A stretch of DNA of 64,000 nt from the NCBI GenBank assembly GCA_030141605.1, contig JAQGDQ010000252.1, positions 62,001 to 126,000 on the forward strand. Direction: 5' to 3'. Made by a program: the position numbers and the translations under genes. Under the pieces are notes generated by a model, which worked only from the letters and a program-made list of their open reading frames with translations, did no database searches and was not told where the DNA came from. The DNA comes from Tubiluchus corallicola. Lineage: Eukaryota; Animalia; Priapulida. Shown piece after piece: positions 39,601 to 51,749 of this stretch. Numbering within the stretch: the stretch's first letter is position 1; the number at the start of each line of letters is the position of its first letter.

Positions 39601-42600
39601 TTTTGATTTTGCAGAATGTCTTAGTCTTTCATTTTCATCTTGTAATGCCTTCAAATTATCAATCAGTTTGGATATACGTTTCTGAAACGAAAATGTTGGC
39701 AACAGCAAATGCAATACATATACCGGAAATTAGTAACACAACAATAGTGTTAGCATTAATAGAAAAATTACTACAATATTTAAATTTTAGTAATTTCCCT
39801 GTTACACATTTAACATAGTGGTAAATAGCTCATAACAGTGGCACCAATCTGGAAAGTATTTTCTTGATGTTAAATCTAAGTCATGCTGAAAGTTTTAAGA
39901 ATGACTACTAAATGAGCTCAAATCAAAGGCATTGCAATAAATAACAATTTGTGGTACTTGCTGTCAAGACAGAGCCAAAGTTTGTTTTAGCTGTATCTAT
40001 GGTACTTTTATGTACAGAAATAAATGTGAAATAAAAAATAATAAAGCATTACAGTACACAAGATAAAGAGGCACAGCAATAATTTCAGAAATCTGGAAAA
40101 GCTTGCATTAGTTTAACTGACTAGCAAAAACCAAAAACAAAAAACAAAAAATTGTTGCTCTGTTTTATGTCATGTTTTTTAACTTAAAATTTAAAGTTTT
40201 ATGTTTAAAACTATTCCAAAATTCTGTTCCACAAATTCTTGGTTCATACCAACATTACTTTTGCTGCATGACCTCAAAACTAAATACAATGTACAACTGA
40301 CAACATTACTTTTGCTGCATGACCTCAAAACTAAATACAATGTACAACTGAGCTACAATGCCATGTGTAGTTGTGCAACGAAAACACACTTTCATTAACC
40401 GAGCCCAAGCCAATTTTTTTATACTTGGGTGCCACCAAACTAAAGCTCAACGGAATAATGAGATCTTATACTGAATAAAATTTTAATAAAGTATCAAGTT
40501 GAAGTGGAATACCGGAAACAAATTTTTTACTGAAACTGAAGTGAATATTCTTGTAATGTATTAATAGAAATTCAAGTATTTCAGTTGAAAGAAATTGTAA
40601 ACATTGCAATGTTTAAATTATTTAAGTTACTGGTGATTGGTGAGCTGTTCTGATTACCAAATCTGTATTTTTATTTAATGGTTATTGTAGCATTTAAAGT
40701 ATTATGTATTTTAAAAGCAGTCCTAATTACTTCCAAAGCAGTTTATACTATTTGGTACAATCAATAAAAATAGTACTGAATTGAATAATTTCATTGATTT
40801 ACTTCACCATGTATAACCAATCATCGGGTGGCCATGCTCTTGCATATGGGAACGACCGACGGGTACTGATAGTGAATGCAGCAACACATTTTTCGAGTTA
40901 TCATACAAAAACAGAGAGCAAAATGTCAGCAATTATGCCATATTCGCTGTTTAGTATCAGCTTTTTTCTGAAAAATTTTTGTAAGTGCTAAATAAACATT
41001 CGGTTTCTTTAATATAAATTTCACCGAATGTTTCACCGACATCAAAAATTATCAAAAAGTAACTTTGGTATACCAAAAAGTTCACCGTACCTTTTGAACG
41101 GTGATTATAACCGACGCTTACCGCACTGGAATTTTATAACGATATTCAAGGGAAAAGATTCTACCTCGTGTTGATCAATGACCACATTTTTCTGGTGGAG
41201 TTTCTCATCATAAACCTTGAACAGTGGTGATAAGTAACAAAGCTGAAATGAAACAAAAACAAAATGTTTTAGTTTAACTTATTATCTCCTTCAGGACCGC
41301 ACCATTCAAAATAAGTCTAATAAGGTCTATGACTTTTCTGCTACTGTATGAGCACAGACACAACTAAATGATTACAAATTAGGTAATGTTCTATTCAGAA
41401 TAATATCGGCTATCCAAACATCATATTCGTTCAAACATTTATGAGTGATTTAAATGGATAAAATTAAAAAAACATGCTTTCTTCAGACATTCCAACCTGG
41501 CCTATTGAGTAGCTTAGTCTGGTGCACGCTAATGTGATCGTCTGCTTGCTACAGCCTAAGGTGTGTTCAGCTGGTATTCCAGGAAAAACCAACCGATCAG
41601 CCAAAGGACAAATTGAGGTTATTTCATCTTTTAACAGGAACTTATGCTTAGAAACAGAGTAGACTTGAGGCCAAAGTATATCAGAGTGTAGTGTCTGGAT
41701 AGTTGAAATTTTCTGCATAGCCGATTTCACACAAATAATACAGTGCAAACACTGCAGTTACTGAAAGCCTTTTCCAATTTATTCATCAAAAATCGATTTT
41801 AAATTTGTCTAAGCTAAGCAAATGCATTTTGCATATAATTTTACATGAAAGTCCATTGTGTGAGGAGTACAAACTTACAAAGATTATCAAATATAACATA
41901 ATCGCTGCCTAGTGAAAGCAGTTTTTCATGAACCCATGCAAAATGCAGTAAACGCTTACGGTCCTGAAAGAGGCAAACAATAATTATGGTGTAATGACAG
42001 CAGCTTTGAATAATATGATAGCTGTTATGAAAAAAACAATCATTTAGTCATTAACACAGCCATACAATTTGCAATGCAGAAAATTATTTAGGGGTCATCC
42101 ACATATAACGATATCAAGTTTTCGGCTCACTTCGAGAACTTCGTACCTTGTGTTATAATGGCATTATCATATGCCCCGACACCTACCTACCCTTATATTG
42201 ATATCAACATCACGCTGATGTAGCTTTTCGTACATTTTATTCTTCCTACTCTACAAGGATAGACAACAACATTACTTGTGTTAATTAATGGGAAACCATC
42301 ATGGATTCTACTGGCATCGGCGGTGATAGCCGCAATTCACTGAGTCAGGTAAGTGAGGTCAGATAACGATATTATATCTAAACCACCTGCCAACCATGCG
42401 TTATAATGGCGTTATCATGTCTCCTGCCCTTACCCTAAACTCGATATCATTATATGTGGATAGCCCCTTAAGGCCAAACTAGTCACTTACCAGTTTTTCT
42501 GGAATTGAATCTTTGGCAGACAGTTTTGACTCTAATTCCTGAAAAAAAGTAAGTCAGTTTTAGTTAAACAAATGAAAAAACAAAACAAATTAATTTCCTT

Positions 42601-45600
42601 GGATAGCAAGGTCGTTAGATGATAAGATCTACCTGAGAATTGAAGTGAAGTGGCCTGAATTTCTCTTGGTAAGCAACTAATTCAATTTTGAGACGATGTA
42701 TAGTATTTCTCAAAACTTCGTTTTCATCTAATAGCTGTACTAATCGTCTTCGAAGAAGGGGTTGATCACTGCTGCTACCTAATAATTAAAGTACATGTTA
42801 TCTTATACAGCTAGATTGTATTCCATGAATCAAGTTACCTTGTTAACTTTACAATCACATTAGTGCTCAAAGCGCTGGTTTTGTAAATTATGTAAACAGA
42901 ACTTGCACATTACAGAAACATACTTTAAATAAGAGTATTACCATTGTTAAGAAAAAGTTTAATCAAGAATGATAATTTTCTAATACGTACATGCAAAATA
43001 ATGCAATGTTTCTTATATTATTGCAATGTGAAGAAACCCAACAAAACTTGTCATCATCTCGTCATACGTAATTTTCTATTCAAAATTTTCACCAGATTGG
43101 CAATCTGTATATTTAATGTCTGTGAGTTATACATAAGTTATGTTCCATATAAATTACAATAATTACATTTGAATACATTTAATTATTTTTACCATAATTT
43201 TATTTAGAACTTTTATCCTCTTGATGCAGAATGCTAGTGTTTGTCATATAACTGTTTATGTAAAATTTGTAATGTATAACTTAATGTGTATTTAACTGTT
43301 CATCCCTGGAGGAGTATCAACACTCCTATCTGAGACTTAGTGTTGTATCTTTCAAGTTTTATTGTTTACTGCATAAAAATTAAAAAAATATATTAAAAAA
43401 GAAAGACCATAGAGTTAATTTCTGAGCATTCAGGTCTGAAGCTCATAAAACAAACTAACTATTATTATTATTAATATGATTATTATATTAGTATGATAGT
43501 ATAATTATTAATTCTAACTGCTTGAGGTTTTAAACGTCAATGAGTTAGCTATCTGCAGTCTTATGATTCTATAAATGTTGACACATGTCTAAAACACAGA
43601 ATCATATAATTAAAACTGGGAACAAAACAGAAAAACTACTTGCCATTATTATGAACGTCACTTCCTGAATCCTGTTCGTTGTACACCAGTAACTCAGCAT
43701 GAATTTTCTGTGTCACTTGCAGGAGTTGATCGCGCTCCAGTTCCAAACTTTCACATCGTTGCTCTAGTGTTTGCAAGATATTATCCTGCTTTTGTATGAG
43801 TTCATCAACATCTGCTGTTTAAAGCATCAATTAGACATGTAAAGACTAAGAACTGTAATTCAAATATGTTACTAGTAATACAGAATTGAATTTTTAAAAT
43901 GAGGTCACATAGGCATTTTGTAAAGAAAAAATTAAATTAAGATGATTGTTTTCAGTAATGCATGATCATTCTTTGTGGTGTCTCATTTAACAGGTTTTAC
44001 CTGTTTAACGAAATCAACAGGCAGGCTGATATATGGCTTACATTATAAGCCAGCTAATGAGCCAAAAGCAAAGCACTTCATATTTTGACTCCATACAGTA
44101 AGAAAAACGTCATTAAATGAAGCCAAGACTCCCATAGAAAACAATGCAAAAGAACTGAGATACGTTCCAGTGACAAAAATCAATGCAGTTTAAATCAAAT
44201 AAATTAAACATTTTATGAGTTTTGTTCATGTTTCTACTAATTAATTTCATTCTACTTGCTTGAAATCACCTATCTTTCTTTCGAATACCTAGCTAGCTGT
44301 TTCTCTTTCGTCAAAGTTGAAGCGTATGTGGCCGTTAAAGAATAAGCAATGCAATAGTCAAAGCCAGCTCTGTAGCGACCTTGAGGCAATTTCATCTACC
44401 TAGTCTGGTTGCTATAGCAACAGGTTATATGCAAAATTTCTTGACATAAAAATTGTACCCAGGTGCCTATAAATTGGAGCCATATAAGTCGCAAATAGAT
44501 CTCGCATGATACAAACCACTAGCATTTAGTAGTCAGTCGGGAAGCAAAAACATATATAATAATTGTACTGTTTTAGTTATTAGAGAATTTTTAGAATAGA
44601 ATAATGCAATATGTGCTGTTTTAATGCTTCAAATTAGGCAAAAATGTTGTTGATAAAATAAAATTTGCTTTGAGGAAAGTAAAAAAAGTTAATACGAAAC
44701 ATGTGTCGTTAAGTGAAAAAAGGTGTCAAATGCTCAGCGTTGTTAAAACGAAACGTCGTTAAACGGGGGGTCCTTAAGTGAGGACACACTGTACATTAAA
44801 AATTTAGAAAATGTATACAAACAGAGTTTGTTGTTTAATATTGTTATACTTATATCTTTAGTTGCAACACTTCAACGTGTCTGTTACCAATACAGTAAGT
44901 TGCACTTTGATCATTCAATAAATAAAAACATTGACACTTCTTAAGTACCTGCAAAGTTTGTTCCTGTGCTTTGTAGCAGATCTTTCTTAACTGAAGCTTT
45001 TTGTTTTGTTGCTGGTGCAGAATGACTTTTGTTAACCTAAAACAATTTTGTTGGTTGAAATGAGAAACACATAACTCAAACATATACACTACAAGATCTA
45101 TTGTGGTTAATTTGCAAAATTTAATTAGCTGTTAAATTCACCATCTATTAACAAATTGTTGTTAACCTAGCCATAAAACAGATGGCGAAATTATATTTTA
45201 CAAACTATTGTTCACATAATACATTAATGCGTGCATAAAATGTTTATAAAATTATAATGAGTTGTAAGGAATGATGTACAGATACATAATAATTAAACTG
45301 AAGCACATAGTTAAATTACTGCCAAAGGCTTATTGTGAATGAGTGCTAACCCTTGCCCTAATCATTTGCCAATGTGAGCCCATAGAAAATATAGGCTTGT
45401 TTACATCAAGCAGTGGATACTTACTTGATGAGGGACCGCATATAATAATTCACTTGAAGCAACATTAAGAAAACTATCATCTTCTGCAGCAGGAGATGAT
45501 TCATGTAATCCGGTACTGGTTGACTTATTTCTGTGCGAAAAATAATTATTCAACACAACAAAGAACGCTAATTAAAATGTTCGTATCAAGCTAGTGCAGA

Positions 45601-46712
45601 ATTTACAATCAAATAAAATATTTAGCAAAGCTAAAGCATGCATTATTTATTGTTGTTACTAAGTATATAAATAACTTTTATAGGTATAGCACAATATTCT
45701 GCAAGTGTTTTAACCCTATCCACACAGTACTGTATCTAATACAGCATAGCAAAAAATAATGTATATCTTAGGAACTACGGTTTGCGTAATGACGGAATTA
45801 GTTCTGAAGTTAAATCACAGCTGCCACAAAAATTTAAATCGGACCAACAGCAATTTAACTGCAATATGAGTTTATAAGTCTTGTCCCAGATCTTGTACTG
45901 CATTACTCCATGACTTTGTAACTCTCTTTTGTATAGCAATTATTTTTTAAAGGTTAAGTGATTACCCAGGCAGCACGACAATATTGTACCTATGTTGTCA
46001 CAATATTTTTGCAAATATGGATAATACCACATGGATATGTGGACTGGCCATAACATTATACCAATATTTTTTAACAATAGGTGTAAACCACGTGTTTTCA
46101 ATATTGGATAACAATGTTTGGTTTAATGTCGTTAGCAATATTGGAGAAAAATATCCTAAATTGTACAAACATGGTGGCAATATCTCTGAACAAATTTTGT
46201 CAAGATCCTGAAAAGATCGTGACTATATGGTGACAATATTGTGTGCTATCTAGCTAACTAAAACCAAATAATCAATTAAAATATTTTAAAGCGCACGCTC
46301 TGTTTAACGCTCTGTTGGAGCACGCTCTGTGCTCCAAGATAACAAGATCACATAGCTAACATTAACCTAGGGCCTATAGAGTTTTTAAAGCAGTAACATC
46401 TGTGTTATTTTCACCACAAACGGCAGAATTCATACAAAAATAAATGGTAAATAACTTTATACTTGTTATTCTTGAATCCTTCAGTTTCGTTTAGGTCAAC
46501 TTCACATCTTGCATCTGTTGGACCATGAAATAACGCAAGCGACCTTCCAATGGCACTAGCATTGACTAGAGCAGGGCGTAAATTGCCTTCAGATAAAGAT
46601 TGTTGGGGCAGAGGCAGAGGCAGCTTTGGTACAGCCGTAAAGACAACTCGAGGAATGAGAGCAGAGCCGATCCTACGCTAAATAAATAAAAATTGCTAAA
46701 CAGATGTTTCTG

Positions 46713-46759
<47 letters not shown>

Positions 46760-47852
46760 TAGTTTAGTTTAGTTTAGTTCAGTTTATTCCATTTGCCATG
46801 ACAAAATAATACATTAATATGGTGAAAATACTAAATACCAAATTAAAAGAAAACAAGCATGTAAATAATAAAGTTGCTTATGTGATTACTGGGCTGTTCA
46901 AAAAGAAAACTTGTAAAGACCAGGCTCAATATGGCAAACAGAAAGAAAAGTGTAGATATAAGAATAGGTAGTTAATGGGAAGAAAGAGAGTATGAAAAGT
47001 GAAAGGATATGAAGATGTAATATGAAAGTGAGAAAAAAAATAAAAATAAAAAAGCAAAAATATTTATCTATCTATATATCTATATATCGAGAATCCCTGC
47101 TAGAATGCCTTGCCACAACTATGCACAAAAAATGAAAAACTATGATTTAATTATGGCCGTGGATATATAAACTCTGAATTAGTGTGTATGTTGTCGTACT
47201 GGTGTGATGGTATTTCATATCTGGTTAATATTAATGAATTTTAATTTTGTTTTAAATGTTGATAGGGACTTGATTTGTTTAACCTATAATGGTAGAGAAT
47301 TCCAAAGTAGAATTGCTTGTTTGATCACAGACTTTGTTCCATAGTGGGTATTTGTCCTAATTTGTTTTAGATTGCTTGTTCTGGAATTAACGATAGGATT
47401 TGGAAAAAAGGTAAATCTGTTATTCTGGAATGGTTTACTGATGTTGTTAATGTATTTAAATATAAAAAGCAGAGTAAAATATTCTTTGTGTGCTGCAATG
47501 ATTGGGAATTTTAAAGTTTTTCTCAGGTTAGTTGTTGAAGCTTTGGATTTTTGTCTACCTGCCTTACGTTTGTATGAGTACCCAGCTATCAATCTCAACA
47601 CATAGTTCTGAAGGAGATTTAATTTTAAGTAATTTTCTCTTATGGTTTTTTGAAGTAGCGTACATCCATATAAGAAGTGTGGTAGAACTAAAGTTTTATA
47701 TATTAGTGTCTTAGTTTCCTTTGTTAGTTGCCCTTTAACTTGTCGGAGATATGATGTGCTAGATGCTAGTAGTAGTACTAGTAGCAGGTCTACTTTTTTA
47801 CAATTATTCTTACCAAACCAAAATTTTTAGCAGAATGTTTTTTCTTCGCCAT
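29530..47852 (-). CDS. CEP89: Centrosomal protein of 89 kDa (CEP89/CCDC123)-like coiled-coil distal appendage protein, 17 exons, ~609 aa
   Basis: Exons in transcript order: 47814-47852 (MAKKKHSAKNFGL), 46463-46677 (AVPKLPLP...ASAIGRSLAL, cf. human AVPRTPPP...TTLTGRTVAI), 45425-45530 (LYAVPH, as in human), 44949-45036, 43644-43814, 42633-42778 (LLDENEVLRNTIHRLKIELVAYQEKFRPL, cf. [29 protein letters not shown]), 42491-42538, 41165-41242 (YLSPLFKVYDE, cf. YLSPLLLAYED), 39578-39681, 39153-39268, 38176-38356, 36659-36722, 33996-34178, 33049-33090, 31969-32058, 30888-30919, 29530-29656 (ends at TGA). The exons sum to 1830 nt and stay in frame. Human comparisons are from memory. Confidence 0.88.
30230..30648 (+). 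repeat. ~420-bp inverted duplicate of part of the degenerate CR1-like LINE at 34901-35317
   Basis: It is a near-identical reverse complement of 34901-35317. The ORF track shows mirrored peptides (30248+/35299- and 30337+/35210-) including the LINE-RT C-terminal motif LHEYCAPVWS. Confidence 0.92.
32230..32540 (+). mobile_element. Degenerate LINE (CR1/L2/RTE-like) ORF2 3' fragment
   Basis: The translation NPHFIKDLNHLESEQ…ITRRRSHEL…SNTDRYQFSY resembles the C-terminal motifs of non-LTR retrotransposon ORF2 (WxPHxxKDIxxLExVQ; TRxxxH; TDxYKFSF). Confidence 0.55.
33513..33628. repeat. (CA)n microsatellite with CACG/CGCG variant head
   Basis: An uninterrupted CA run at ~33554-33628 is preceded by cacgcacgcgcgtgcacacacacgcacgcgcacgccc. 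Confidence 0.97.
34560..35860 (-). mobile_element. Degenerate CR1-clade LINE reverse-transcriptase fragment in a CEP89 intron
   Basis: Minus-strand translation, with frameshifts and stops, gives SKVMDIYIKDKLLDYL…QLDVLYVDHTKAFDSVVH…KLQSYGISGNLL…WIRAFLSNR…LHEYCAPVWS…MVYKIC…NLRGHNNNL. These are typical CR1 RT and C-terminal motifs. Confidence 0.85.
35907..36599 (+). mobile_element. pogo/Tigger-like MITE
   Basis: Ends are TA|CAGTAAATCCTCGCTTAACG … GTTAACGACTTACTG|TA. Internal blocks (ttttcgcttcccgacttaccactaaatgctag; gcaacctgttgttacagcaaccagactaag) match the reverse complement of 44096-44791. Confidence 0.8.
37078..37250 (+). mobile_element. tRNA-derived SINE-like element
   Basis: The head GCGGATATAGCTCATTGGTATAGTGCTCACTTCCCTAGGGAAGTCGCGCGATCAATTCCC has a Pol III A-box (TAGCTCATTGG) and a degenerate B-box (GATCAATTCC), but no acceptor stem. 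An unrelated body and an AT-rich tail follow. Confidence 0.6.
38832..38988. repeat. Imperfect ~78-bp tandem duplication
   Basis: aagcc(t)gtaagctg…gtaaaaagaaaaataaat…aaggacac…tttgttcttgtaa…ttctt occurs twice in tandem. Confidence 0.85.
40250..40351. repeat. Perfect 51-bp tandem duplication
   Basis: caacattacttttgctgcatgacctcaaaactaaatacaatgtacaactga occurs twice in tandem. Confidence 0.95.
42091..42467. mobile_element. PIF/Harbinger (Tourist-like) MITE
   Basis: ~28-bp TIRs GGGGTCATCCACATATAACGATATCAAG and CTCGATATCATTATATGTGGATAGCCCC are flanked by a 3-bp TTA TSD on both sides. The motif gttataatggcRttatcat is repeated internally. Confidence 0.8.
44096..44791 (-). mobile_element. pogo/Tigger-like MITE (inverted relative to the 35907-36599 copy)
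   Basis: Ends are TA|CAGTAAG…CTTAAGTGAGGACACACTG|TA. It shares long internal blocks with the reverse complement of 35907-36599. Confidence 0.75.
45965..46254. mobile_element. Short MITE with internal ACAATATTG repeats
   Basis: Termini CCCAGGCAGCACGACAATATTG and CAATATTGTGTGCTATCTAG are inverted repeats, with several internal caatatt copies. Confidence 0.6.
46717..46757. repeat. (TA)n microsatellite
   Basis: A pure TA run next to the (TTTAG)n LINE tail. Confidence 0.95.
46759..47740 (-). mobile_element. L2/CR1-like LINE 3' fragment in CEP89 intron 1
   Basis: ORF 47284-47601 ends …RTNTHYGTKSVIKQAILLWNSLPL*, the typical LINE ORF2 C-terminal WNxLP motif. A 3' UTR follows and ends AATAAACTGAACTAAACTAAACTAAAC, a short tandem-repeat tail typical of L2/CR1. 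Confidence 0.75.
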
Positions 47853-47989
47853 AATCAAAAGCTCAGAACTGATAAGTTAACGATCATAACTCAATAAAGC
47901 AAACTTAGTAGAAACCACTACGAAATCATAATTTTCACTTTTTCTGACAAAGCGAAGTAGCTGCTAATTTCTAAACACTGGATTGGAGT

Positions 47990-48004
47990 GTTGCCATGTG
48001 TAAC
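47990..48004. promoter_or_regulatory. RFX X-box-like motif upstream of CEP89 (adjacent CCAAT box at 47982-47986)
   Basis: GTTGCC-ATG-TGTAAC has one mismatch to the X-box consensus GTNRCC(N0-3)RGYAAC. It lies ~140 bp upstream of the CEP89 ATG, the typical spacing for ciliary genes. Confidence 0.55.
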
Positions 48005-50212
48005 AAAGATTTGACATCAAAATAGCCAAATGGCACCAAAGTCGCACCGGGCACCAGTGACTACAAGTGCTTCTACGCAAAATCTAAATAACATCTATCC
48101 TCGGCTGAATTTATGGCTGGTTTTCTACAATTATTATTATTGCTTACTGAAGAGTTATCTTCACTAAACTGTCATTGATTAGTCTAAGCTAGCTTTATGC
48201 CCAATTTTTCTTAAATGGCGGTTTTCTATTTTTCAAGGTTCTTCATTAATTTATTCTTCATGGAGGTCCTCATTGGAATTTTCTTTTGCCATCTGATACC
48301 CAAAGTGATTCTGTGATCCTGCTTAGAAACGTGTCTATTTCAGCTTTAAACTTGAATCGAACTATAACTCACCCCATAGTACTCTGATATGATCAAACGT
48401 ATTTTTCGAAAATTAAAGAAAGTCTGTTGAAATTACGTGTGTACATCATTTTTATGCTTAACGGTTTTTGATAAACCTAATTAAGCGGAACGGGTTTTCC
48501 TTTCTTTTTGCATCTCATGCAACTTAGCGACTCCACCTGAGGTCGCTGATCGGAGAGGACTCGCAACTGAGGGGACTCGACGTTAAAATTTAAAACGGTT
48601 TATTTTGGCGTGCACGTATGTTGGCAACCCTCAAGTCTATGGTGGTGCAACACTACGGCAGCGTCCTTAGTTACGAAAGCATTTTGGTTACCAGAATTTT
48701 CAGTTAAACTTACAATTATGAAAATCCGTTTGAATCGTATACTTTAAAAAGCGCATTTCACGTTGTTGAATTTAGGGACGGCATAAATGTAAGCGCTAAT
48801 TAAGTTTTTCTTATGTTAAGTTTTGTTTTATAATTTGTTATGTTAAGAAACTTTTGGCAAGAACTCCACTCCCTAGAGAAGAAGAAATCAGCACTTTGGA
48901 AGCAGACTCTAACCACATTTATTTTCAACTCTCATTATTTTATTTTTTATCATCTTTCATTTAAAAAGCTGGTACAAATACCTACTACTTTTGTCATTTT
49001 TCTTATTGTTAAATTATACAATTCTTATGTAACTGTGATTTTTGTAGCAGTATACCATATCTTAATATTTGTCTATAAAATAACTTTGTATACAGCCTAT
49101 TGTAATTTTTTTCGGTTTACGTAGTATTTAACATGTAATATTGCTTTGCCAGTGTACCTTGTATGTATTTGTGCAAATAAAACTGAATTGAATATGAGTA
49201 TTTCTTAAATAATAGTTTATAACTGAGTTTACGATTATTGTTTTGCGTGATTATAAATTGCTCCCAATATTATGTCATACAGAGCTTGTGAACATGGTGC
49301 AAGCTTATTTGGCCAAGTTAAGCTAGTACATTCAGAAACAACTGTTTGTGGCATCATAATAAAGAAGTAGAAAATGATTCGTTTAAAGGTAAATAGGTGT
49401 GTTCGTTGTCCGTTGTGTTGGTTTTGTTCATTGGCACAACCAACCTTTCCTAACACGTTGTTTTATTTCAGTTTTTGAAATGACTAAAAGCTACAGATAT
49501 ACATACTGAACAAGTGAGGAGAGACTTTAGATTACAGGTGCTAAATATGTTAAAACTAAGTGCGTTTAGGTCGAGAAATGGACCTAATCCTAAGTTTGTC
49601 CAATAAAATAAGTGAGACCACACGAATGATTGCCACATATCTCGATTTTTGTACGATCTTCCCAACATCGGAAGCAAATCCTGCGTCCCAAATGACATGT
49701 AATCGCGGGATGATATTTAATTAATTGTCTCGAATTTTGCAAAAAAAGAACAGTATGCGGAATACTATTAACTAAACATAAGAAATAAGCCTAAACATGG
49801 TCTCCCCAACTGATCAGAATGCATTGCTTGAACAGCGTTAACTACACAATAAGTGCAAGAATTTTATTGTCCCTACATGTGCGTAGGTTACTAAACTTGA
49901 TCATGATATATCGTAAAAACCTGCTTAAAGCCGCACTGGTTTTAAAATCGATCCAAAACATTCTATCTGACTGTATTTTGTTCATAGTAAGTGAATACTT
50001 TGGTTGCCAGTGGTCAGCGTTAGTGGTTTTTCTCTAAGGTAAGAGCACGCAAGGACTTACATTTAGGACAGAAGATTGAAATTAGTTTTGTTGTTAGGGC
50101 ACATTAAAATAATATTAAATATATATTAAAACATATATGTATATTTAACATTCTGCAGATATACTTCTAGCGGCCATAAAAATTCCATTATAAATTTTCT
50201 TAATATTGTAAT

Positions 50213-51270
50213 TAAGGAGGTTAAGGATTATTGATTATCGTATAGATAAGAAAAGTTTGTTTTTATCGTTATTGCATCTGTAATTTTCTAGGAATGTTGT
50301 TGTATCGAATTTGGCCTTATCATTGCTTATCGTTTACCTTAATCAAATCATTTCACTTTACTTTTCTATTTATTTACAGTAAGTTGCGCAAAAAAGTGGA
50401 TAAAAGGATTATTTAAAATTATAAGCTTGTCACATGCCGAATCATTTTCTTGTACTTTTGCCTGGCAATAACAGCTATCTTTATTCTGAATCATACTGAC
50501 ACACGGATGCCAAATACATTGTACCATATATAATCAGTGTCACTTTCCCGGCCAGGCAGACATGCAGCTCGCATAGATAAATATTTTTATTGTAGTAACA
50601 TGTTTATCTGTCGCAGCTTATTGATGACAACGATGCAAAGAATTTTATTGTAGTCTTAAAGACATGTAATCGGTACATGATTTAGGAAGCCTACAAAAAT
50701 ACCGCGTTACATAACATGGCGACACATTGCGTGACTTACACACCATCATCGGTCATTGACTGTTTATCAGAAATAATGGCTAAGAAACAGTAAAGCGGAA
50801 TTCATCACAACATTTTACTTTTGTTAGTGAAAATCCAAAAACATTGGCCGTCTGTAAGTACTGCAAATGAAAGTACATGTGTTACAGCTCAACTGTTGCC
50901 AAATGATTCATGTCATGTGTCTGGCTTCTTAGTTCTCAATCTGCAAGCAACAACAGCTGCTCTTGCAAAACTACCTATTTCCCTGAGGCTTTCCCTGAAA
51001 AGCCGGTTGGCATTAATATTAAATAAATAAATAAGTTAAATGAGCTGAAGCATAGTTTTTTGAACCAGACATTAATAATAAATTTTGATAGTAAAATTCA
51101 CAGTAAAAAATGCATATTTCCAAAAAAACAACAACTTTCTGTTGTTGCATATATTGTTTAACTTCAGTATCATTATTATTAGTCAAAATAATTTATCGTA
51201 TCGTATTGTGCCGTCTATAAAACAGATTATCGTTACCGTATCGCCAAATTTGTATTGTTTAACATCCCTA
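50213..51270. mobile_element. hAT-superfamily non-autonomous element upstream of the first coding exon of the dynein
   Basis: Termini are TAAGGAGGTTAA… and …TTAACATCCCTA (revcomp TAGGGATGTTAA). A perfect 8-bp TSD ATTGTAAT sits at 50205-50212 and 51271-51278, and there are subterminal TTATCG repeats. Confidence 0.85.
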
Positions 51271-51749
51271 ATTGTAATATTATATTTTATATTGTCTTCA
51301 AACTTTTAACCAGTTCATGAAGAACCCAAAAATACGTTATATTGTACTTGTTTATTTTCTACTTATTCCTACTTGCCTCAGTTAACCTAGTGACTCCATA
51401 TTAAAAATCAACCTATAAATTGCCATTTGATTCTACTATAATTGAGTTACGTTTAACTTATTATACCATTTATCGTGTATTCTTTTTTTTAATTACTTGT
51501 CTAAACACTCAGGTTGTGATTGCCTTTGTCAACGATAGTCACCAGCATTAATGACTATCTCTTGTTTCTTAATTAATATAAACATTGGGTTCCGTTGTTC
51601 TACATTTTTTATTACATTACTGATGTGCCAGAATCGACATCATTACAGGACTGCTTAACTATTTTACTCACCATTTTGTTTGCTTGATACTGATAGTTTG
51701 ATACAGCTTATCATGAATTTAAAAAATATGTTTGTTTTAGTTAACCAGC

